A stretch of DNA of 64,000 nucleotides, taken from the NCBI GenBank assembly GCA_964532425.1, contig CAZHIA010000005.1:66772-130771 (forward strand). Reading direction: 5' to 3'. The DNA comes from an uncultured Candidatus Saccharibacteria bacterium (GTDB lineage Bacteria; Patescibacteriota; Doudnabacteria; UBA920). Shown here piece by piece: positions 56,764-64,000 of this stretch; position 1 is the first letter of the stretch; the number at the start of each line of letters is the position of its first letter. A program made the translations under genes and the position numbers. The notes beneath the pieces are model-generated. The model worked only from the letters and a program-made list of their open reading frames with translations. It had not been told where the DNA came from and did not search any database.

Positions 56764-58845
56764 CTAGAATTTCTGCGACTGTCCTGGCTTCAACACGGTC
56801 CGCTGTATTGGCTTTTCCGAAGAGGGTTGCGGTGCGGGAACCGTGTCTTCCTGCCTGTCGTGAGGAGCTTCCGGGAGCGGCCGCAATACCGGCTGTTGAG
56901 ACTTGGCCGGTTCGCTCATAAGACTGTTGACCACTTGCGTCAGACGCTCGTGCTCTTGCTTCTTCTTTTCTTGATGCAGGTTTGCGACAGTACTCCAAAT
57001 AGGATTCGTATTCTTCTTCGGTTCGCTGCGGTGACGGTGTTCATTCAGCTGCCGTTCCCGGCGAGTACCCTGGCCATCACGGCCGTCTCGCGGGCCGCCA
57101 TGACGGTCATCGCGTCCAAATTTCCGCACATGTCCATGGTCATTTTTATGCAATGACTGGTGCGCTGGCTGCTGCCGTTCAGGCCTTGGTACCTGGAGTG
57201 CCACCGGTTGTTCCTGCCGGACCGCAGGTTTTGGGACGATCACCGGCTTTTCAGGAATAATCGGCTGCGGAGCCTGCTGGATTACCGGCTGCGGAAGCGG
57301 CACCTGTTCCACTTCCTGGGTCAAAACAAGCAGAGGTTCGGGCTTTTTTTCTTCTGGCCGGACCTCGTCTTGCCGGGCCTCCCTGAATGATGCTACGGTT
57401 GGATGCTTCTCTTGTACCGGTTCTTCCTGGTGCTGTTCTCGCTCTTCCGAGGCTTGAGCCTCTTCCGCCTGAATAGTCAGCATTCTACCGCTCGGCAATG
57501 ATTCTACCGGAGCGCCTGCCATCTCAGCTGCGGCTTCCTGGTGGAACTCCGATCCCATCCAGCGCGTGATCTTGTCTTCCACCTCCGCTACAGGATTAGC
57601 ATACCGTTCTCGCGAGACTTTGATGACTTTGTCCGTATTACCACTGAACCAATCGGGGCTGGGAGGAATCGTGGTTGCGGAAAACGGCTCACTCGCCACG
57701 CCATTGATCATGAGTTTCAATACCACATTGAATTTCGGCAGGTTCACCAAATCATTGGGAGTAAAGGTTGGTTCGAACTCCGTCTCAAGAAACTCGGCAT
57801 CCGCCGCCCCGATGCGGAATACCACCATGGTGCCGACGTTGCCGAAAATAGCATCGCGGACTTTGGTGTTCTTATCCTGCTCGAGCTGGGCGATATATTG
57901 GTGTCCCACAATGAGATTCAAACGGTATTTTCTCGCTTCAGACAAGATGGTGGCAAAGCTCTCGGTGGCAAAATTCTGGAACTCGTCTACATACAGATAG
58001 AAATCCTTGCGCTCATGTTCCGGAATATCGGTTCTCGACATGGCTGCCAGCTGCAGCTTGGTCACCACCATGGCTCCAAGCAGCGCCGAATTGTCCTCAC
58101 CGACCTTGCCTTTGGACAGGTCCATGATCAGAATTTTGCGATTATCCATAATGTCGCGCATGTCGATAGTGCTCTTCGGCTGGCCGACGATATTGCGAAT
58201 AATGGCGCTCGACAAAAACTGCCCGACCTTATTCTGAATCGGCGCCACAGCCTCGGTGCGGTACTTTTCTGCGTAATTGGCGAATTCGTCCACCCAAAAC
58301 GCGCGGACCATAGGATCTTTAATATTGTCCACGATCTTCTTGCGGTATTTCTTATCCGCGTACATGCGGGTGATTCCGAGCAGCGTATTCCCCGGGCTGT
58401 CGAGCAAGGCCAAAATGGTGTTGTTCAGAATGTATTCCATTCTTGCCGACCACAAATTCGCCCAAATTTTGGTGAATACGCCCATGAGACCCGAAGCAAC
58501 CAAATGTTTGTATTTCGTATCCACCGCTTCGAGAATATTAAATGCCAAGGGATGATCCATGTCAGCCGGATTGAAGTAGACCACATCATTGATGCGACTA
58601 TTCGGGACGCAGTCCAAAATGCGTTGGACAGAATCCCCGTGCGGGTCAAGAAACGCCACACCATGACCGTTCCGTATATCCTGAATAACCATGGTTTCCA
58701 TTGCGGTCGTCTTACCCATACCGGTTTTACCGATAAGATACATATGCCGCCGTCGGTCGTCTGTCTTTATACCAAAAGGCACTTCCTTATTCCGGAAGTT
58801 GGTGCGGGCAAAAATCGTGATTAGATTCTTATCGTCAGTGGCCAT
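56764..58845 (-). CDS. VirD4/TraD-like (type IV secretion DNA-binding domain) ATPase with low-complexity C-terminal tail
   Basis: DRRRHMY.IGKTGMGKT, DPHGD, LYVDEFQNF, SEARKY.L.L...HQY, FGNVGT. Start moved to ATG 58845. Confidence 0.9.
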   Translation of the reverse strand: MATDDKNLITIFARTNFRNKEVPFGIKTDDRRRHMYLIGKTGMGKTTAMETMVIQDIRNGHGVAFLDPHGDSVQRILDCVPNSRINDVVYFNPADMDHPLAFNILEAVDTKYKHLVASGLMGVFTKIWANLWSARMEYILNNTILALLDSPGNTLLGITRMYADKKYRKKIVDNIKDPMVRAFWVDEFANYAEKYRTEAVAPIQNKVGQFLSSAIIRNIVGQPKSTIDMRDIMDNRKILIMDLSKGKVGEDNSALLGAMVVTKLQLAAMSRTDIPEHERKDFYLYVDEFQNFATESFATILSEARKYRLNLIVGHQYIAQLEQDKNTKVRDAIFGNVGTMVVFRIGAADAEFLETEFEPTFTPNDLVNLPKFNVVLKLMINGVASEPFSATTIPPSPDWFSGNTDKVIKVSRERYANPVAEVEDKITRWMGSEFHQEAAAEMAGAPVESLPSGRMLTIQAEEAQASEEREQHQEEPVQEKHPTVASFREARQDEVRPEEKKPEPLLVLTQEVEQVPLPQPVIQQAPQPIIPEKPVIVPKPAVRQEQPVALQVPRPERQQPAHQSLHKNDHGHVRKFGRDDRHGGPRDGRDGQGTRRERQLNEHRHRSEPKKNTNPIWSTVANLHQEKKKQEHERLTQVVNSLMSEPAKSQQPVLRPLPEAPHDRQEDTVPAPQPSSEKPIQRTVLKPGQSQKF

Positions 58846-58891
58846 GGATATAGTATACGATATGTAATTGCAGTTAGATAGTACAAACTCA

Positions 58892-58955
58892 CAACATTTG
58901 ACATTTGACTTTCTGCGACCCAAGTCAAAGGTTAATGGTCAAACGTCAAATGTTG
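58892..58955. repeat. Empty heptamer-armed inverted repeat upstream of the ATPase
   Basis: CAACATTTGACATTTGACTT ... AAGTCAAAGGTTAATGGTCAAACGTCAAATGTTG. Confidence 0.9.
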
Positions 58956-58959
58956 CCTT

Positions 58960-60288
58960 CTAAAAGTCTTCCGATACCGGCAAATTAATCGGCGCTGAGG
59001 CTTTCTTGCTCTCAGTCCGTTCGATAGGCACCGCAGCTGCGGTCGTCGAAATCGGGAAATGGTACAATGTAGCCAATTCCTCAACATTCATGACGAACAT
59101 GGGATTGCCAATATGCACATCACGGTTCTTATAGCCTTTAAACATCATAACCTTGCGGCGTTTTTCTTCCCATTCGATATACGGTTTTTCCAGCGTCGGG
59201 GAAATATGATATTCAAGGCTGGTCCAGGTCAGCTTAGTATCCGGCTTGAACGTGTTGGTATTGGCAGAGCCCAAAGGCCGGTACGAGCCGATGACCACGG
59301 ACTTCTTAGACCCGTCATATTTGTCCTTAGGCGCAATATATAAGTGGCGGATCTTAGTCCTGTATCCCGGTTTGCCAATTTTTCGCTGAATGAGATTGAC
59401 GCGCTCCTTCTCCATGTCAGTCATGCTTTGCCAGTTGTTCTTGGGGCCTTTTTCATCATGGCCATGACCATGACCGCCTCCTAAAAGGGCATCCTTAAAG
59501 CTAAAGTTCGCAAATGCGTTAAGCGGTGCAAGGAAAAAGTCACTCCAAGAAGCCTCATGCGCCACCGCTTCGCCAATCAACTCCTTCACCTTTGACTCCC
59601 CTTTCGGCTGCCATTCATTATCGCCAAGCGGTTGTATGATGATTTGCACCCCGTAAAATTCATGCGGACCGATCTTGGACAGTGCCTCAAAATGCGAGGC
59701 AAGAGGATCGATAACCTTTTCTTCCGCTACCGGATGCTCAAAATCTTTATATGTTTTGATAGGTATTACGTCGTCGGCCAATAGCTTATATTCGCAGCCC
59801 CAAATGTCAAAACTGCTGGTTTCTGGATCATAATTGATATTCTCCATGTAATCTTCAACCTGGGTAATTTCCGCCGTCGGATATTGCGCATAAAATGCTG
59901 CCTCGACCAGGTCCCTGGTCTTTTTTGGGCACATGATTAAAAACGAGATCTTGCCGCCCATGCTGATGATCTCCAGGCTGTACCAAAGTTGGTCCTTGCC
60001 TTCCACATATTTTTGAGCGAATGTTATCCCGGTATGGAGCGCGTGCATCTGGGCGAAAATCGATTCTACCGCGAGTGTACTGACCAAATTTTCTTTCGGA
60101 ACTTTGATGTTCAAGAAAATCCATTCCTGGCTATGAATGAACTGGTGCTGAATCTCTCCCATATACAGCCAGAACAGGATCCGAACAGTTACGAGAACGA
60201 CCAAAACCCAGCCTCCATACAAGAAAAAAGAGGCTGTCGTTCTCAGCAGATCCCCAACATTTGGGAAAATTCCCTGGAAAATATCCAT
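58960..60288 (-). CDS. Conserved membrane-anchored hypothetical protein, probable partner of the downstream ATPase
   Basis: N-terminal TM, SLEI...G.I.F, YAQYP.AEI.QVEDY, PIKTY.DF, IDPL, N.EELATLYHFP, P.NLP. Confidence 0.85.
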   Translation of the reverse strand: MDIFQGIFPNVGDLLRTTASFFLYGGWVLVVLVTVRILFWLYMGEIQHQFIHSQEWIFLNIKVPKENLVSTLAVESIFAQMHALHTGITFAQKYVEGKDQLWYSLEIISMGGKISFLIMCPKKTRDLVEAAFYAQYPTAEITQVEDYMENINYDPETSSFDIWGCEYKLLADDVIPIKTYKDFEHPVAEEKVIDPLASHFEALSKIGPHEFYGVQIIIQPLGDNEWQPKGESKVKELIGEAVAHEASWSDFFLAPLNAFANFSFKDALLGGGHGHGHDEKGPKNNWQSMTDMEKERVNLIQRKIGKPGYRTKIRHLYIAPKDKYDGSKKSVVIGSYRPLGSANTNTFKPDTKLTWTSLEYHISPTLEKPYIEWEEKRRKVMMFKGYKNRDVHIGNPMFVMNVEELATLYHFPISTTAAAVPIERTESKKASAPINLPVSEDF

Positions 60289-60320
60289 TTATTGATTTTC
60301 GGTGTTTTAATTTCAGTTAC

Positions 60321-60400
60321 AATCACAGATTCACAGATGGCACAGATAACGCCGATAATCGGTTATCATCTGCGCCATCAGCGTTCATTCCATCTGCGAT
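60321..60400. repeat. About 9-mer-armed (CACAGAT) inverted repeat
   Basis: ATCACAGAT TCACAGAT GGCACAGAT AACGCCGAT / ATCGGTT ATCATCTGCGCC ATCAGCG..ATCTGCGAT. Confidence 0.85.
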
Positions 60401-61483
60401 CTATGCCAGGGCGTACAAGTTCCGGCCGACTTTTTTGAAAAGCTTCTTATTGGAAAGGCCAACCAGAATGGTATTCTTTTTGACCATGCGGCGCTTCATG
60501 ACTTCTTCGATGATCTTTTCGCGAGGCATCGGCTCCTTAGCCGCTTTCAGCACATCGACAATAACGTCAGCCACAACGCCAGGTTTGAAACCCCATTCAG
60601 AAAGCGCATAAATGCCGCGGCCAATAAGAATAAAGCGGTTGTCCTTAATAAGCTCGTTATGAACGGTTTCCTTGTAAGCCGTGCGGTTGTCAAATTTCGC
60701 CTTGTTGATCATGTCGGTAATGGCGGAATAGTGTTCCGGCTTGCCATGATATTTCATGACCAAGTAGGCCTTATCACCGACGTCTTTAGGGCTAATCTCT
60801 TTCCATTCCCCAAGCCCCCAATGATCGAAGACGTTCTTTTCAATCTGTTCAGCCAAGTCGAGGTAATTCAAAATGACGCGGTCCGACAAATCTTGCTGGT
60901 TTTGCTTGTAGAAATCAGTCTCTTTAAATTTCTTTAAAAAGTCCTCGGAGTGCACTGGCTTGGCCGACTCTTTCAAAATGGTGTGGCTCGTAGCGGTAAA
61001 ATCACCAAGCAATTGCTTGTTGAACAGGACCGTGATCCAGGTCTTCTTGTAATTGGCATGCAAATAATCTTCCAGTTCTTCCATGAGATGGAGCAGGAAA
61101 ATGATGGCATTACGGTCTTCTTCGCTCTTAATGCCCATGTAGCGAAGCAAGGTCTCTTCCGCCATGATCTTGCCATGTTCGGTAATCGTGTCGAGAAGCA
61201 AATTCTTGGTTTCCAGATACGTCTGCTTGTCGAGATTGGATTTGCGCAGATGCTTGATGAGATCCTTCTCAATCTGCCGCACGCGTTCGCGCGTCAAATT
61301 CTGACTCTCGCCAATGGCAGCCAAAGTTTTAATCTCATTGCCGCCCAATCCGTACCGATGGGTCAGAATCTGGCGGTCCCGCTCTTTCAGGGACTTCAAA
61401 ATATCGTTCACAATCTCAGCTGGCTTGAATTGCTGAAGTGAATCGTGCTGTTTTGTATGGATGATTGTGTCCAAAATTCCCAT
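60401..61483 (-). CDS. Sigma70 region-4 HTH fused to C-terminal winged-helix (RNA polymerase delta/HARE-like) domains
   Basis: L.ERDR.IL..RYGL...TL..IG....LTRERVRQIE; TVHNELI.D.RF.L.GRGIYAL.EWG. Confidence 0.85.
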   Translation of the reverse strand: MGILDTIIHTKQHDSLQQFKPAEIVNDILKSLKERDRQILTHRYGLGGNEIKTLAAIGESQNLTRERVRQIEKDLIKHLRKSNLDKQTYLETKNLLLDTITEHGKIMAEETLLRYMGIKSEEDRNAIIFLLHLMEELEDYLHANYKKTWITVLFNKQLLGDFTATSHTILKESAKPVHSEDFLKKFKETDFYKQNQQDLSDRVILNYLDLAEQIEKNVFDHWGLGEWKEISPKDVGDKAYLVMKYHGKPEHYSAITDMINKAKFDNRTAYKETVHNELIKDNRFILIGRGIYALSEWGFKPGVVADVIVDVLKAAKEPMPREKIIEEVMKRRMVKKNTILVGLSNKKLFKKVGRNLYALA

Positions 61484-61677
61484 ATCAGTCGAATTAGGTT
61501 ATTTGCTCATTTTCCCCTTTATTTACAGGGTGTTTATTGAGTTCGCCTATAGTATAGCATATATAACTTTTTCTGTCAACTGACTATAGGTAAACCGTAG
61601 AATTTTTACCGACAAACGGCTCAAACAGAATAAAAAACATCCCGTCCCGACCAGCAGTCAGAACGGGATGCAAGAGG

Positions 61678-62571
61678 TTATGCGTTGCGCATTTTCCATT
61701 TTTGCCATAAGACCAAAACAGGGCTGGCGATAAATATGGAGGAATACGTTCCCACAATGATACCAACGAACAAAGCGAGTACGAAATAACGGATAGTCTC
61801 GCCGCCAAACAAGAGCAAAGCCAGCAAGACAAACAACACGGTCAAGCTCGTATTCAACGATCTGACGATCGTTTGCGCAATACTGTGGTTTACCACAAAG
61901 TCGATGCTCTGTCCGGCGTAGACCTTGAGGTTCTCGCGGATCCGGTCAAAGACCACGATCGTGTCATGTACCGAAAATCCCAAAACCGTCAGCATGGCGG
62001 TTACGAACAAGCTGTCGACTTCCACGCCCTTGAAATGTCCGAGCACGGAGAAGAAGCCGAGAACAAACAAAAGGTCGTGTAGCAAAGCAATAACTGCTGA
62101 CCAGCCGAAGCGCCAGGAAGTAACCGGCTTGGACACGCGTCGAAACGCATACCCAATATAGAATACGATACCGAGGGAGACCAAAACGAGCTGGTAAATC
62201 GCATGCTTTTTCAATTCTTGGCCGATAACCGGTCCTATCGTATCGAGCTGGATCTCTTTAAAACTGCCTACGCCAGTCTCGAGTGCTTTTAAAACCTCGT
62301 CATGCTTAGCCTTGTCCAGACTTTCGGTCTTAATGATGAGCTGGTTATTTTCCGCGGTTTGCAGCTGATAATTACCGAGCTTTTGGGTATTGAGCGCTTC
62401 ACGAACCTTCCCCATATCAAACGGCTGGTTAAACTGGAGAATATCCTGGGTACCGCCTTTGAAATCAATCCCCAAGCGCAGACCGTACATGGAAAGGGAT
62501 ACAATGCCGAACAGCAGGATTATGCCGGAAACCGTAAACCAAAATTTTGCGTATTTTAATGTGTTGAACAT
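61678..62571 (-). CDS. secF: Protein translocase subunit SecF
   Basis: LGIDFKGG, IGP.IG.EL, HDTIVVFDRIREN, RSLNTSLT, GTYSSIFIA.P. Confidence 0.98.
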   Translation of the reverse strand: MFNTLKYAKFWFTVSGIILLFGIVSLSMYGLRLGIDFKGGTQDILQFNQPFDMGKVREALNTQKLGNYQLQTAENNQLIIKTESLDKAKHDEVLKALETGVGSFKEIQLDTIGPVIGQELKKHAIYQLVLVSLGIVFYIGYAFRRVSKPVTSWRFGWSAVIALLHDLLFVLGFFSVLGHFKGVEVDSLFVTAMLTVLGFSVHDTIVVFDRIRENLKVYAGQSIDFVVNHSIAQTIVRSLNTSLTVLFVLLALLLFGGETIRYFVLALFVGIIVGTYSSIFIASPVLVLWQKWKMRNA

Positions 62572-62621
62572 ATATATTTCTAAATCGCTGATTAATCGCT
62601 GATAAGCACGCTGACCAGCGC

Positions 62622-64000
62622 CTATTCAGCGGTGGTATTAAGTTCGGCATTCTTTCGGCGGCTTACCCCGAAGAGCCACGGATGAGTCATGATGTTATTA
62701 CCGAGGAACAAGCGGAGCAGCGTGCGGGTCACGGTAATGGCCGTAAACATGGAAATGAGAATACCGATTCCCAGCGTCAGGGCGAATCCTTTAATGGATG
62801 GCGTACCGAAGGCGTACAAGATCACCGTGGTGATCAAGCTTGAGACGTTAGAATCGCGAATGGACAGCCAAGCGCGGGCGAAACCGTCATCAACAGCTTT
62901 ATGAATATCCTTCCCAGCGCGAATTTCTTCTTTCAGGCGCTCGAATATCAGGATGTTCGCGTCCACGGCCATACCAATGGACAGGATAAATCCGGTAATA
63001 CCAGCCAGTGTCAACGTTACCGGCGATAGGCCTTTCAGGAAAATAAGCAGAACATAACTTAAAAGTGCCAGCAGACCAAACCAAGAATTGACCGTAAGGC
63101 CGAGGAAAAAGAACAGCCCAACGAGGACGATCGCGGTAAATGAAATCCCGATCTTAAACACTGCAAAAGATACCAGAGCGTACATGAGCAACGCTCCAAA
63201 AGCCAGCAAGCCCGGGAAGCGGTAGTATGCGATCATGAACAAGGCAATCAGCAGTATGCCGATAAATCCCGCAATCACGGATTTTTGAATGGATTCCTGG
63301 CCCAGGGATGCGCCGACCGTTTGCTGGGTAACAAGATGGATCGGTACTGGCAAGGCTCCCGAATTCAGGCGGGTGGCCAGGGCTTTTGCCTCATCGGTCG
63401 TAAAATTGCCGGTAATGATAGCCGTGCCATCAGTAATGGCATTCTGAACGACCGGGGCGCTGATGATCTGGCCATCGAGCACGATCGCTACCGGCTTGCC
63501 CACATTGGCAGTGGTGATATCGGAGAATAATTTGGTTCCTTCGCCATTAAACTGAAGCCTGACCACAACCTGATTGGAGATTCCCCTGCCCTGCTGAAAA
63601 TCGACAGTCGCTTTTTGCAGCTGCTTGCCGGAGAGGCCGGTTGGCGACCAGGCGTCGAGCGGATTAATCTGGTTCGGCGTGGAAGTCGAGCCCAATAGCG
63701 CTGCGGCATTCGGGTTTTCTACGCGAAATTCCAGATACGGTGTCTGCCCGATCTGGTCAATTGCCTGATTGATATCTTTAATGCCGGGAAGCTCGACTAT
63801 AATACGGTCGGTGCCGGAGACCTGAACCACTGGCTCGGAAACTCCGAAGCTGTTCACGCGGCGCTCGATTGTGTCACGGATGGCATTTAAGGCATCCTGG
63901 CGGTCGCCCTGCTTAATGTCTTTGAAATCAGCCTGGTAGACCAAGTGCGAGCCTCCTTGCAGGTCTAACCCCAAACGGGTCTTGAATTGCTGAGAATACG
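62622..64000 (-). CDS. secD: Protein translocase subunit SecD (5' end outside the window)
   Basis: LGLDLQGG, IERRVN.FGVSEP, SGALP, LSIGMAVDANILIFER.KEE, I.DSN. Confidence 0.98.
   Translation of the reverse strand, partial: YSQQFKTRLGLDLQGGSHLVYQADFKDIKQGDRQDALNAIRDTIERRVNSFGVSEPVVQVSGTDRIIVELPGIKDINQAIDQIGQTPYLEFRVENPNAAALLGSTSTPNQINPLDAWSPTGLSGKQLQKATVDFQQGRGISNQVVVRLQFNGEGTKLFSDITTANVGKPVAIVLDGQIISAPVVQNAITDGTAIITGNFTTDEAKALATRLNSGALPVPIHLVTQQTVGASLGQESIQKSVIAGFIGILLIALFMIAYYRFPGLLAFGALLMYALVSFAVFKIGISFTAIVLVGLFFFLGLTVNSWFGLLALLSYVLLIFLKGLSPVTLTLAGITGFILSIGMAVDANILIFERLKEEIRAGKDIHKAVDDGFARAWLSIRDSNVSSLITTVILYAFGTPSIKGFALTLGIGILISMFTAITVTRTLLRLFLGNNIMTHPWLFGVSRRKNAELNTTAE

Noticed and set aside
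57541-58824. 427-aa plus-strand ORF (likewise 33463-34311)
   Set aside because: Antisense shadow of a well-supported minus-strand gene.

Overview
This window looks like core chromosome of a Patescibacteria/CPR (Parcubacteria-like) bacterium using the standard genetic code; the taxonomy is inferred from gene content. Most genes are on the minus strand. Housekeeping genes include lysS, greA, gyrB, an unusual single-chain PheRS, a UvrD-nuclease fusion, rmuC, hsp20 with a CIRCE box, a class A PBP, four tRNAs, a complete F1Fo atp operon, alr, queH, lepA, murJ, ftsW, murD, mraY, a D,D-carboxypeptidase, trxA, a VirD4/TraD-like ATPase and secD/secF. Small self-contained ORFan cassettes with strong Shine-Dalgarno sites are interleaved between them. 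The most striking unexplained signal is a dense set of short inverted-repeat elements whose arms are degenerate 6-11 nt tandem repeats. One 7-mer family (ACATTTG/CAAATGT) occurs as four empty intergenic hairpins, as one filled copy whose arms bracket an AT-rich four-helix-bundle (IVP/Avd-like) gene, and as single arms translated in frame inside gyrB and murD. Other palindromic elements sit in frame inside lepA and the UvrD helicase, and every junction from atpB to downstream of atpC carries a repeat element. No CRISPR array, reverse transcriptase, transposase or integrase was seen. All product calls come from motif recognition by eye; no database search was run.
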